Below, in pieces: positions 46,119 to 56,375 of a stretch of 64,000 bases of DNA. Origin of the DNA: Candidatus Pacearchaeota archaeon (GTDB taxonomy: Archaea; Nanobdellota; Nanobdellia; Pacearchaeales; GW2011-AR1). The stretch spans positions 279,076 to 343,075 of the forward strand of contig JBAZWF010000001.1 in the NCBI GenBank assembly GCA_041660485.1, read 5' to 3'. Position 1 is the stretch's first letter; each line of letters opens with the position of its first letter. A program made the translations under genes and the position numbers. The notes under the pieces are model-generated. The model had not been told where the DNA came from and did not search any database. It was given only the letters and a program-made list of their open reading frames with translations.

Positions 46119-47369
46119 CTACCTCCAAGATATCTTTCGGTTAAATACCATATAGAAAATTGAAACAGTCCACCACAATGCAAATAACAAAGTGTAAAAA
46201 ACCATAAAAAACACAAAACTTAATTTTACATTTAATGCTTCTTTTAATTTTATTCTTGCAAATAAAAGATAGCCCACAAATACTAACAAAGTTACTGTAA
46301 GAAAAAATATTTTAGGATCAGTTATAGTGGTCCAAAAATACTTACTAAGCGAAAAAAGATAAAAATTAGAAGAACTTGTTATTTGGTAATTTATACTTTG
46401 CCAATAATTAAATTGTCTGCCCATATTTATCATAGATTTAATCAATACATAAGGAGTTAAAGTTACACCAATAATTACTCCAAAAACTGCTGAAGGAAGA
46501 ATTATTGTTCCAAGTTCTTTATATTTTATAGAAAATAATTTATTATAATGAACTAAATTTTTAGCTAGTCCCGCAAACCACCTTCGTCTTTGTTTTAATA
46601 GACTAACAAAAGTATTTGGAGTTACAGTATAAACAATTGCATTAGTGCTATTAGCAATACCATAATTATGATATTGAATTCTTAAAGCCATTTCTAAATC
46701 TTCTGTTAAATTATTTTCATCAAAACCCCCGTATTTTTTAAAAAATGACTTCCTATAAGCTGAAAAAGCTCCAGGAGTTACATGAATTGAATTAAGATTA
46801 TAGAAAACCTTTCTAAGAAAAATTCCAAATAAATATTCCACCTGCTGAACTTTTTGTAAAATCCCTTTTGGTTTATAAACTGCCATAACAGGAGCAACAC
46901 AAACAATATTAGGATTACTAAAATAAGAAACCATATGTTTAAGAGCATCAATATTAACACGAGTATTATCTGCATCCATTGTAACAATTACTTCTCCAGT
47001 TGAATTTTTTATTCCTAAATTAAGAGCAGTTCCTTTTCCCCCATTAGGCTTTGTAAATAATTTTATACCTTTTTTTACAAATTGTGAAGCAATTTCATAT
47101 GTTTTATCTTTACTACCATCATCAACTACAATTACTTCTAATTTATTTTTAGGATAATTTAGATTAAGAGCAGATTCTATAGTACATGCAATTCCTTTTT
47201 CTTCATTATAAGCTGGAATTATTATAGAAACTTTTGGAACTCCAGTTTCTTTAAACTCAGGTTCTTTTTCTTTAACTTTATTAAGAAAAGCAAATAAATA
47301 AAAAAAACCAAGAAATAGTCCAAAATAAACAGAGATATATGTTAAAGTCTCAATCATTTTACACTCCAA
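46119..47369 (-). CDS. processive family-2 glycosyltransferase (cellulose/chitin/NodC-synthase-like)
   Basis: VSIIIPAYNEE, VVDDGS (DxD), TMDAD, and QRRRW (the Q(Q/R)xRW motif of processive beta-glycan synthases); C-terminal TM helices. Confidence 0.75.
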   Translation of the reverse strand: MECKMIETLTYISVYFGLFLGFFYLFAFLNKVKEKEPEFKETGVPKVSIIIPAYNEEKGIACTIESALNLNYPKNKLEVIVVDDGSKDKTYEIASQFVKKGIKLFTKPNGGKGTALNLGIKNSTGEVIVTMDADNTRVNIDALKHMVSYFSNPNIVCVAPVMAVYKPKGILQKVQQVEYLFGIFLRKVFYNLNSIHVTPGAFSAYRKSFFKKYGGFDENNLTEDLEMALRIQYHNYGIANSTNAIVYTVTPNTFVSLLKQRRRWFAGLAKNLVHYNKLFSIKYKELGTIILPSAVFGVIIGVTLTPYVLIKSMINMGRQFNYWQSINYQITSSSNFYLFSLSKYFWTTITDPKIFFLTVTLLVFVGYLLFARIKLKEALNVKLSFVFFMVFYTLLFALWWTVSIFYMVFNRKISWR

Positions 47370-47371
47370 AT

Positions 47372-47890
47372 TTAAGAGGACTTTTCCTCTTTGCCAACAT
47401 TAAAGTAATCGTAGAATTCATCGCTTAAACTTAATTCTTTTGTTCTTCCAGCTTTTTTTGATTTAATTAATCCAAGTTCTAAGAATCTTTTTACATGATC
47501 ATAAGCTTTATTTCCTCGCATTTGAATAATCTTTGACTGATTAACCGGATTTTTATGAGCAATTGCTGCTAAAGTTTCCTGTTCAGCTTTTGAAAATTCT
47601 TCACTCCCTGTTGCAAGACGATTAACAATATCAATATGTTCTTTTCTAACATCCATTTTCCAAAGCTCTCCTTTCCTAACAATCTCAATAGCAGAATTTT
47701 CATTATACTTATCAGCAAGCACACTCAAAGAATGTTCTAATAAAATAGGATTTAAATCAGTTAGTGTAACCAACTCCTGCGTTGTCAGAAATTTTCCTGA
47801 AACAAAAAGCGCTGCCTCAACTTTTTTCAAGTTCTCTAAGTCTTGTGAATTATCAATTTCATCAAGTGTTTCTTTAGTCACAATTTCCAT
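47372..47890 (-). CDS. scpB: segregation and condensation protein B
   Basis: VEAALFVSGKFLTTQEL...; SKAEQETLAAIAHKNPVNQSKIIQMRGNKAYDHVKRFLELGLI (tandem winged helix). Confidence 0.75.
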   Translation of the reverse strand: MEIVTKETLDEIDNSQDLENLKKVEAALFVSGKFLTTQELVTLTDLNPILLEHSLSVLADKYNENSAIEIVRKGELWKMDVRKEHIDIVNRLATGSEEFSKAEQETLAAIAHKNPVNQSKIIQMRGNKAYDHVKRFLELGLIKSKKAGRTKELSLSDEFYDYFNVGKEEKSS

Positions 47891-47934
47891 TAACTTGTTA
47901 GGAAATTAAGGTTTAAAAGTTATATGATACAAGA

Positions 47935-48165
47935 TTATTTCTTATCTGAAGAATGAATATATCCTTCTTGATAACCTTTTTCATATATTTCCATTTCCTG
48001 TTTTCCTCTCTCATCAGACATTACATAGCCCAATGCATTAAGGGGATTGAACGTACTGACAACCTCATGTAAAAAACCACCAAGAACAGTTGCTTTCTGC
48101 CCATCACTAACTCCTCTTGCATAAATCTCATTGTTTTCCTTTTCAATGTCGCTTAATTCTGCCAT
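47935..48165 (-). CDS. hypothetical small protein
   Basis: 76-aa ORF. Confidence 0.35.
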   Translation of the reverse strand: MAELSDIEKENNEIYARGVSDGQKATVLGGFLHEVVSTFNPLNALGYVMSDERGKQEMEIYEKGYQEGYIHSSDKK

Positions 48166-48395
48166 AGAAAAATATTATTTTAATAGTTTTTAAAGATTTA
48201 TATAAATCTTAGTCTCTCCATTCATATCCTTTAATCGTTTCAATAACTTCAAGGGTATAATGTATCAGCGGTAAATCATTTAATTCAGGAAAAACAATTC
48301 TTTCTTCTGCAACTTCACTAGCTATCATACCAATAATATCATCTATGCTATTCATATTATAATTATAATCAAATTAACTTTTAAATATTTATACA

Positions 48396-48590
48396 TCAAC
48401 CAACAAATCTTAAATGACTGAAGCGCTCAATAGCTAATCTCTCTCCCAGTTCTACATCTTTTAAATGTTCATTCAAATGTTGCACCCCATCTGCATCATC
48501 AAAAAATCTTATAGGAAGTTCCTTAGTTTCTGTAATCACACCATACTGTGATAAAAAAACTTCAGTAGGATTATTATATTCTTGTTTCAT
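48396..48590 (-). CDS. hypothetical small protein
   Basis: 64-aa ORF. Confidence 0.3.
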   Translation of the reverse strand: MKQEYNNPTEVFLSQYGVITETKELPIRFFDDADGVQHLNEHLKDVELGERLAIERFSHLRFVG

Positions 48591-48821
48591 ATATTAAATA
48601 AATCTATCTAATTTTTAAATCTTGTCAATTGAACGCACGAATCATTCAACCCATATTGCTCTTCTTCTAAAAGCTTAATATGCTCTTCCATAATTTCCTT
48701 ATATCCTCTAAGATAATCTTCCATTTCAATAGGTTTTGAATGAGTAGATGTATATTCTTGAATTAAATCAACCATTTCCTAATTAAATATAACTTATTTT
48801 TAAATATTTATATAAAAAATA

Positions 48822-48900
48822 AAAAAGCAAAATAAAAAAAATTAAAGCTTGCTTTTTTTAAACCTTGGATCCAGGATTCATAAAAACCCGGAGGTGGTTT
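48822..48900 (-). terminator. candidate ftsZ terminator: two hairpins plus T-tracts just downstream of the ftsZ stop
   Basis: aaaacc-cggagg-tggtttt (48880-48898) and aaaaaagcaa...ttgcttttttt (about 48824-48862), each followed on the minus strand by an oligo-T run. Confidence 0.4.
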
Positions 48901-48903
48901 TTA

Positions 48904-49980
48904 TTATCTAAAAGTTTGGATGCCTAAATCAGACATCTGGGACTTCATTGATGTTGTTTCAAATGCAGGTCTTCCAAGTATGTAAGGAGATTTAACTCCT
49001 GTCATAATTGTAATAACTCTGATTTTTCCAGCAAATTCCTTGTTAATTCTTGCTCCAATAATTACCTGTGCTTCAGGATTAAGATTTTCAGTAATTAATT
49101 GTCCTATATTACTAAACTCTTCTAACTTCATGTCTGGTCCACAAGTAATGTGAATCAAAGCACCAGAAGCTCCTCGGTAATCTACATCAAGCAAAGGATG
49201 TGTCAACGCTTGTCTAACTGCTTCATCTACTCTATTTTGAGTATCTGATTCTCCAATACCAATAACTGCAACATCTCCATTCTTCATAATAGAAGAAACA
49301 TCTGCATAGTCCAGGTTAATCAATGAAGGCAAGGTAATTGTTTCCACGATTCCTTTTATCATTGTACTAACAAGTTCATTTGCAACTGCGAATGCTTGTT
49401 CAATTGGTAAATTTCCAGCAATATCAACAAGTCGGTTGTTATCAATAACAATACAAGTGTCTGCTGCATCTCTTAATTCTTGCAGTCCAAACTCTGCCTT
49501 ATCAATACGAGATTTCTCACATTCAAATGGCATTGTTACTACACCAATTACAACAGAACCAGCTTCTTTAGCCATCTGTGCAAAAACCGGTGCAGCTCCT
49601 GTACCTGTTCCTCCTCCCATTCCTGCAAGGATAAAAGTCATATCTGCTCCTGATACTGATCTCTTAACTTCAGCTAAAGATTCTTTTGCAGCTTCTCTTC
49701 CTTTATTAGGATATCCACCACAACCAAGTCCTCTAGTTAATTCTTTACCAATCAAAATTTTTTCATCTGATTTAGTAATGCTAAGATGTAAAGCATCAGT
49801 ATTTGCAGAATAAACAGTAGCTCCATTGATTCCTTTATTAAACAACCAAGTAACTGCATTACAACCTGCTCCACCAACTCCAAAAACTTTAATGTTTGCT
49901 TTTCCAGCTTTTAATTCATCAAAATTAATGCTATGAGTGTGAGCGTGATCTATTGCCTCTTTTGCAAAATCTAAAACCAT
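48904..49980 (-). CDS. ftsZ: cell division GTPase FtsZ
   Basis: GVGGAGCNAV, tubulin signature GGGTGTGAAPV, NTD; 358 aa. Confidence 0.9.
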   Translation of the reverse strand: MVLDFAKEAIDHAHTHSINFDELKAGKANIKVFGVGGAGCNAVTWLFNKGINGATVYSANTDALHLSITKSDEKILIGKELTRGLGCGGYPNKGREAAKESLAEVKRSVSGADMTFILAGMGGGTGTGAAPVFAQMAKEAGSVVIGVVTMPFECEKSRIDKAEFGLQELRDAADTCIVIDNNRLVDIAGNLPIEQAFAVANELVSTMIKGIVETITLPSLINLDYADVSSIMKNGDVAVIGIGESDTQNRVDEAVRQALTHPLLDVDYRGASGALIHITCGPDMKLEEFSNIGQLITENLNPEAQVIIGARINKEFAGKIRVITIMTGVKSPYILGRPAFETTSMKSQMSDLGIQTFR

Positions 49981-50074
49981 TTCTCTTTTTTTTAATACCT
50001 CCTTTCAGTTAATAATTCTAAGTCAAGAACCAGCTCTTTAAATAGTTTATTCTTATGTACCACATAGAAAAATT

Positions 50075-50485
50075 TCACTTTTTTTGTTTTTTATCTGGCA
50101 AATTCAATGGCAAAAGTTCATATTGTAAAAATTCAGCATCAGTTTTTTCCATTTTTGTTATTTTAATTTGTCTTATTAAGAAATTTATTTCATCAATTTC
50201 TTCATTAGATTCTTTTTCAAGTTGTCTAGCTCTTAATCTTTCTCCTAAACTATGATATTTAGGCTGATTTTCATATCCAATGTTGTAAGGTCGGTTAATT
50301 TCATCATGAAATTTCTTAACACCCTCACTAAATGGATTAAGAATTAAATTAACTGTCAAATATCCTCCAACAAGAACAAACGGAATTGCCTTTGCAATTC
50401 CTTTAACATCTTCATAAAATAAATTAGTATGTTCTCTAATAGGCTCAAACAATTCCCCTTCAATGTCAATTCTTTTAGCACCCAT
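50075..50485 (-). CDS. hypothetical protein
   Basis: 136-aa ORF. Confidence 0.35.
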   Translation of the reverse strand: MGAKRIDIEGELFEPIREHTNLFYEDVKGIAKAIPFVLVGGYLTVNLILNPFSEGVKKFHDEINRPYNIGYENQPKYHSLGERLRARQLEKESNEEIDEINFLIRQIKITKMEKTDAEFLQYELLPLNLPDKKQKK

Positions 50486-50672
50486 AATATAATTATTTTA
50501 CAGTACTTTAAAAAGATTTTTGTTATTAAGAATTAAATAAAAACTATATTATTATCTAAATTTAATATAACATATAAGTAAACAATGAAATTAAATAAAT
50601 TATAATATTAGTAATTTGTTCAAATGCATAGATTTCTAATAATATAATATCCTACGAAGCAATCAATCTCTC

Positions 50673-51347
50673 CTAAATCTTCTCTAAAATCTCGGCTTTT
50701 ATTCCTTTTTCTTTGCAAAGCTCAACAAACTTTTCTGCATCAGAAATCTCTCCAATAACATCAGAACCATAATGCATAGGAATTGCAATACCTGGTTTTA
50801 TTATTGCAGCTGCTTCTGCAGCTTCTTCACTATTCATTACTGACCCTCCAGAAACCGGCAACAAAGCAACAACATCTTCACCTTCTTGTGCAATAAATTC
50901 TAATCCGCTCATTTCAGGAATTTTATCAGTATCTCCTGCATGATAAATCATAACATCTCCTAACTTCAAAATATAACCCATCCAATCTTCTGCTTTAGGA
51001 TGATTAGGTTTGTCGATATTATAAGCAAAAAATGGATAAATATCAACTCCTAAAACTTTTATTTTTATTCCAACAGTTGTAATATTAATTTTCAATCCCT
51101 CAATCCTATTAACCTTACTTTGACAATCAACCGGAATAACAATTTCTGTTCCTTCTTCTTTCATAAGTTTTTGAATATCTTTAATACTGCAATGGTCATA
51201 ATGGCTATGACTCACTAATATCATGTCCACTTTTTCAATATTATCAGAAACATTATACGGATCAATTGCAATTCTCTTTCCATCCTGAGCAACTATCAAA
51301 AATCCCGAATGCCCAAGATATTCCAGTTCAACACCTCTTATTTTCAT
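50673..51347 (-). CDS. metallo-beta-lactamase-fold hydrolase
   Basis: VSHSHYDH (HxHxDH) motif plus downstream His/Asp ligands; 224 aa. Confidence 0.8.
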   Translation of the reverse strand: MKIRGVELEYLGHSGFLIVAQDGKRIAIDPYNVSDNIEKVDMILVSHSHYDHCSIKDIQKLMKEEGTEIVIPVDCQSKVNRIEGLKINITTVGIKIKVLGVDIYPFFAYNIDKPNHPKAEDWMGYILKLGDVMIYHAGDTDKIPEMSGLEFIAQEGEDVVALLPVSGGSVMNSEEAAEAAAIIKPGIAIPMHYGSDVIGEISDAEKFVELCKEKGIKAEILEKI

Positions 51348-51570
51348 AAGTTCAAAAAGAAAAGTTAGTTTTTAAATATAATTATTATTAAAAAAGAATT
51401 TAATAAATACACTATATTAGTTTATGCTTCGCAAAACCTTCCTAATTTAAAGTTAGAACTACTAAGTATTACCAGTTTAAAGGATAATAATTTAGTAATA
51501 ATATGTGATACACAGATTTCCAAACTAATATTATTTCTCGCGTAGCGAGCACGCTTATCACTAAAAATTT

Positions 51571-52101
51571 TCAACATCTCTCCAAAATAAACTCAACTCT
51601 CTTCTCAGGCTCCATTACAGGCACTTTTATAACTTGATATCCTAAATCAACATAAACTTTTTTTAACATCTTATGCAATTTTTTAGCAATTTTAACTGGC
51701 TCTTTCCTAACTTGATCAATTTTATAAGGAACCATCTCAAGCAAAAAAACTTTTTTATAATCTCTTTTTGTTTTTTTACTTTCTTCAACTATTTCCTTAT
51801 CTAATGAAGTATTTGTCAATTCATAATAAACCAGCCCATCTGGCATTCCTCTATCTAAAAATATTTTTCCATCAAATTTATCAAATTTTTTCTCATTTTT
51901 CAATTGCAATTTTAAAATCATTATTTGAAATTTAGAAACATTTCCATCAAAAGTAACAATCTCTCTGCCTTTTTTCTTTTCATTTTCAATTATTTTTCTT
52001 GCAGCTTCTTCAACAACTTTATATCCTCTTTTTTTCAGAATTTCAATTGTAGTTGTCTTACCACTAGACGGTCCCCCAGTTATAACATATTTTTCAACCA
52101 T
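51571..52101 (-). CDS. AAA_28-type P-loop ATPase / nucleoside-kinase-like protein
   Basis: ITGGPSSGKTT Walker A directly at the N-terminus; DRGMPDG; small NadR-C/Ttd14-like architecture. Confidence 0.5.
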   Translation of the reverse strand: MVEKYVITGGPSSGKTTTIEILKKRGYKVVEEAARKIIENEKKKGREIVTFDGNVSKFQIMILKLQLKNEKKFDKFDGKIFLDRGMPDGLVYYELTNTSLDKEIVEESKKTKRDYKKVFLLEMVPYKIDQVRKEPVKIAKKLHKMLKKVYVDLGYQVIKVPVMEPEKRVEFILERC

Positions 52102-52300
52102 TTTTTTTATTAAACGAATGTCTTAACTATTCCATATAACAACAAAACTAAAGCAATTATACCTAAAGTCCATAAAATCCCTCTCAGGATTTTTTCTTTA
52201 TCACTTTTTTTCATAATATATCTAATATTCTAGATTTTATAAATCTTACAGCGTATATCTCAACAAAAAAATCGTAACATTTATAAACTAAAGTTAATAT

Positions 52301-52858
52301 ATGTTAACTATGGTAAATATATATGAACTAAAGTTAACAAATCTCCAGCAGAGAATATTAAGACTGCTTTTTGTAAAAACCGGAGTTTCATTAAATGCAT
52401 TGAGAATAGCAAAAAATCTGAAGGTTTCACAGCCTGCAGTTTCAAAAGCCCTGCCATTATTATTAAAAGAAGATTTGATAAAAGCAGAAAAAGACAAAAA
52501 TTCCGGAAGATTATCTATTGAAGCAAACAGAGAAAATCATAAAGTAATGCAGTTAAAAAAAATAGATAATTTAAAGCTAATTTATGAATCAGGATTTGCT
52601 GATTTTATTGAAAAAGAGTTTGCAGGTGCAACTATAATTTTATTTGGCAGTTATTCAAGAGGTGAAGACACTATCAATTCAGATATTGATATTGCAGTTA
52701 TTGGTAGAAAAGATAAACTAATTAATTTAGAGAAATTTGAAGCTATGCTAGAAAGAAAAATAAATATTAATTTTTATACTTCATTTAAAGAAATTCATAA
52801 AAACCTAAAAGAAAATCTCTTTAATGGTATTATTTTATATGGGGGAGTAGAATTATGA
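52301..52858 (+). CDS. nucleotidyltransferase (minimal MNT) with N-terminal wHTH
   Basis: LFGSYSRGEDTINSDIDIAV matches the GS..RG....SDxD pol-beta-NTase motif; N-terminal HTH-like helix. Confidence 0.6.
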   Translation: MLTMVNIYELKLTNLQQRILRLLFVKTGVSLNALRIAKNLKVSQPAVSKALPLLLKEDLIKAEKDKNSGRLSIEANRENHKVMQLKKIDNLKLIYESGFADFIEKEFAGATIILFGSYSRGEDTINSDIDIAVIGRKDKLINLEKFEAMLERKININFYTSFKEIHKNLKENLFNGIILYGGVEL

Positions 52859-53298
52859 AGCCAATAAAAGATTTTCAAGAGTTTATTAAAGAAGGGATAG
52901 TTAAAAGACAAAGTCCAGACAAATCAAGAGCAGAATTCCTTATAAAAGAATCAGAGCAGAGTTATACTTATTTATTGGAACTAATAAATAAAATGGGCAT
53001 TAATGATGATAATGCAAATAATTATGTCAAGAATTGTTATGATATGTTAATGGAATTAGTAAGAGCTAAAATGCTTCTTGAGGGATATAATGCTTCTGGC
53101 TATCATGCCCACGAAGCAGAAGTTTCATATCTGAGGCTGTTAAACTTCAAAGAAAAAGATGTTCAGTTTGCAGACCAAATGAGATTCTTCAGAAACGGCA
53201 TGCTTTACTACGGAACAATTATAGACAAAGAATATGCCGAGAAAGTTATTTCATTTACAAAAGAGAATTATCATAAAATCAAAAAGATGATTGGGTAA
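52855..53298 (+). CDS. HEPN-domain protein (partner of MNT)
   Basis: 4-nt ATGA overlap with the MNT gene; all-alpha; a C-terminal R..RN....G motif resembling the HEPN R-x4-6-H box, but with Tyr in place of His. Confidence 0.45.
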   Translation: MKPIKDFQEFIKEGIVKRQSPDKSRAEFLIKESEQSYTYLLELINKMGINDDNANNYVKNCYDMLMELVRAKMLLEGYNASGYHAHEAEVSYLRLLNFKEKDVQFADQMRFFRNGMLYYGTIIDKEYAEKVISFTKENYHKIKKMIG

Positions 53299-53311
53299 AT
53301 TTGACTTAGAA

Positions 53312-56095
53312 TCATAAACCTTCAATTATTTTCTTTTCTTCTTCAGTTATTCCATAAAGTTTATAGACTTCTTCATCAATTTCATAATCTATATTTTTTA
53401 TTTGTTGCTTAATTGCTTCTTTTTCATTTCCTTGTATTTTTTCATCATGGTATTTTTTCTGAAGTTCAAGCATTTGGTCAACGAGTAAAACAATTTTGGT
53501 TTCTTGTTTTTTTTCTGGGAGTTTGATTGGAATCTTTTTCCAATCATCTGGATAAATGTCAATATTCCCCCTCATTATTGATTTTAGAAAGTAACCTATA
53601 AAACTTGAATTTAATATCCCCAATATATACTTAATATTAAATCTTTTTGAATTTTTTTCTCCTTCCACTCTTTCGAAATTAAGATTCTTAAGATACTTAC
53701 TTATACTCTTATTATTTATTCCTTCCATTAATACATAAGGAACTCCCACAATTATAGTATTGTCACAAATTTGTCCATCTTCTGAAAGCGCACTAACTCC
53801 TTTCTGTCTAGACATTAGTATTTTTACTGGAGGATAAAGTTGAGGGAATGTTGGTCTTACAAGCCTTTTTGGGCATCTATCTGTTTCCCATTCAACGAAA
53901 AGTTGTTTATCAATATGATATCTACTGAGATACTTTCCTTCAGTATAAGAATGAGTATGTACTTTATCTTTAAAAAGAGAAACTAAATCCTCTTTTTTGA
54001 ATTTTTTAGGATCAGCCTTATCACTATTAAATCTTGCACCATAACTAACATATAATATTTTTCCTAATGATAAAGTATCTCTTAAATCAAACTCTATTTT
54101 AGTTTTATTAAGCTTGAAAATATCGCCGTTGCTATTATCCAAATTATCTAACTCAATTAAGTTCTCTAAATTTTCTTTATGTAATATTCTCTTACACTTT
54201 TTTATTTCTTTATCTTTTTTTACAAAGATTATTTTATTTTTTATGCCTATTCCTTGAAAGACTTCTAAATCAGGGAAAAAGTCAATTTGATAAATTGAAT
54301 AATTCTCTATGAGTATTTCAACAAGTTTCTTAGAGTAATCCGCTACTCCTATAGTATCGGGTATAATCATTGAAAAAAGACCACTTTTTTTCAATAGATT
54401 CATTCCTTGTTCAATAAATGGAATATACAAATCCCACATCTTATGGGGAGATTTAAATTTTCCACTCTTCTCAATAAATTTCCTACTTACTTTCTCATTA
54501 GAATCTCTCGCTTTCACATAAGGCGGATTTCCAATAACAACATCAAATCCTCCTCGGCTAAAAACCTCTGAAAATTGAGCATTCCAATTAAAAGCTCTAT
54601 CAGAAATCTTTGAATCATCAATTAATGAATTTCCACATTTAATATTATTATCAAGATGTGGCAAAATTGCTTTTTTTGTATCTAATCCCTCTTCATCCAA
54701 CAACTTTAATAATAAATTTAGTCTAGCCAATTCAACAGCCTTTTCATCTAAATCAACACCATAAATACATCTTACCATAAGAGTTACTTTTTGAGGTAAA
54801 CTAAGCCTCCCAACATAACTACTAAAAGTTGGATGTTTAGGCTTTTCTCCATTTTTTAAGTTATATTCAACAAAATTACATATTTCCTGAAAAGCCCTAA
54901 TTAAAAAAGAGCCAGAGCCACAAGCAGGGTCTAAAACTTTTACCTCTAAAATTTCGTCAATTGATTTATTTTTAATATATTCTCCAACAGTATTTTTAAC
55001 AATATAATCAACAATATAAGAAGGAGTATAATAAATCCCCATTTTCTTTCTTTTTCCAGATTCCCCTTCTAATTTAATACGTTTGTCAGTTCCACTTAAA
55101 ATAGTTCCAAGATACTGCTCATAAATATTACCTAATAAATCCGCAGGGATTTCATTAAACATATATCTTGATTGATCTCCCTCACTTCCAAAATACAAAC
55201 ACCTAATTACTCTTTGCAATATAATATCTGAAAATACTCCTTCATTTTCTAAAATTCCTTGTTCAAAAAGTTTAGAATCATACTTTTTATTAAATTCTTT
55301 AAATTTCTCAAGTAAATAAGGAAACAATTGATATTTTACAATTTGGGTTCTAACATCAGCATCAACACTTAAGAGAAAATTCATTGGTTCTAATCCCCTA
55401 TCTTCAAGAGAACGGATAAAAATAAGTCTATCAATTAATATCTGAACAATCTCATCAATTTTAGAATCTTCTAAAGAGTTCTTTTTAGATTTAATATCTT
55501 TTGAAAGCCAGAGCCGTATATTTAATAAATCTCCAAGCAATTTTTCATCAACTGGCTTAAATATCTTTTCGTCTTTTTTTGACAAAAGTGAATCTATCTC
55601 TTTATTTTCGAAACTTTCTTTAGAAAGTAGCCATAATAAATCAAATTTATTAATAAACTCTTCAAATTTTATTATAAGATATTGATTATCCTTTTTCAAC
55701 AAATTATTATCAATCTTTTTTATATTTGAAAGAGCATGATAAATTCTAATGTATTTAAAATTAGTCAAGACAGCAAATTTTATTTTATTATGATAAGCAT
55801 AAGAAACTGCTTGTCTACCTTCTTCTTCCATTAAAGCAACATTTGTTTTTTTAGCTTCAATTACTAAAACTTTTTGGTTTCCTAATTTTAGTATATAATC
55901 TGCTCTTCCTTTAAGAACTCTCTCTTCCCTTTCCGCTTCATTACGCATATCCCATCCCAAAGCCTCAAATAAAGGGTCTATAAATTGAGATTTAATTTGA
56001 TTTTCTGATTTAGTGTCCAATTCTTCTTTTGTAAAACTAGAAAATTCATCAACTAATATTTTAACCTTCGCTTTAGCTTCTTCTTTAGTAATCAT
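53312..56095 (-). CDS. type IIG/IIL restriction-modification fusion enzyme (MmeI/Eco57I-like: N-terminal nuclease, gamma-class N6-adenine MTase, target-recognition domain)
   Basis: N-terminal KGRADYILKLGNQKVLVIEAKK (HsdR_N/PD-(D/E)xK-type), MTase motif I VLDPACGSGSFL, motif IV VIGNPPYV; 927 aa. Confidence 0.7.
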   Translation of the reverse strand: MITKEEAKAKVKILVDEFSSFTKEELDTKSENQIKSQFIDPLFEALGWDMRNEAEREERVLKGRADYILKLGNQKVLVIEAKKTNVALMEEEGRQAVSYAYHNKIKFAVLTNFKYIRIYHALSNIKKIDNNLLKKDNQYLIIKFEEFINKFDLLWLLSKESFENKEIDSLLSKKDEKIFKPVDEKLLGDLLNIRLWLSKDIKSKKNSLEDSKIDEIVQILIDRLIFIRSLEDRGLEPMNFLLSVDADVRTQIVKYQLFPYLLEKFKEFNKKYDSKLFEQGILENEGVFSDIILQRVIRCLYFGSEGDQSRYMFNEIPADLLGNIYEQYLGTILSGTDKRIKLEGESGKRKKMGIYYTPSYIVDYIVKNTVGEYIKNKSIDEILEVKVLDPACGSGSFLIRAFQEICNFVEYNLKNGEKPKHPTFSSYVGRLSLPQKVTLMVRCIYGVDLDEKAVELARLNLLLKLLDEEGLDTKKAILPHLDNNIKCGNSLIDDSKISDRAFNWNAQFSEVFSRGGFDVVIGNPPYVKARDSNEKVSRKFIEKSGKFKSPHKMWDLYIPFIEQGMNLLKKSGLFSMIIPDTIGVADYSKKLVEILIENYSIYQIDFFPDLEVFQGIGIKNKIIFVKKDKEIKKCKRILHKENLENLIELDNLDNSNGDIFKLNKTKIEFDLRDTLSLGKILYVSYGARFNSDKADPKKFKKEDLVSLFKDKVHTHSYTEGKYLSRYHIDKQLFVEWETDRCPKRLVRPTFPQLYPPVKILMSRQKGVSALSEDGQICDNTIIVGVPYVLMEGINNKSISKYLKNLNFERVEGEKNSKRFNIKYILGILNSSFIGYFLKSIMRGNIDIYPDDWKKIPIKLPEKKQETKIVLLVDQMLELQKKYHDEKIQGNEKEAIKQQIKNIDYEIDEEVYKLYGITEEEKKIIEGL

Positions 56096-56187
56096 AAAAA
56101 AACTAAAAGTCTCCTATATAAAAAGGTATCTCAAAGCATATTTCAAAAGATAATAATCCTTTTAAAAGAATAATCCTAAGTTATTTA

Positions 56188-56373
56188 ATGAGCATTAATC
56201 AAAATAAAAAAGGTAATTGGGAATTGACAGCAGTATTTGGAGCTGTAGGGCTAGCGATGTTCTTAGATTCTATTTTTTTAAAAATAATCTTGCCCACTCA
56301 TAGAATAGCTGAAGGATTCATTGGAATTGTATTAATCATCCTAGCGATTTTTCTTTATCTCAATAAAAATTAA
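56188..56373 (+). CDS. small two-TM membrane protein (hypothetical)
   Basis: 61 aa, two hydrophobic helices. Confidence 0.3.
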   Translation: MSINQNKKGNWELTAVFGAVGLAMFLDSIFLKIILPTHRIAEGFIGIVLIILAIFLYLNKN

Positions 56374-56375
56374 TC

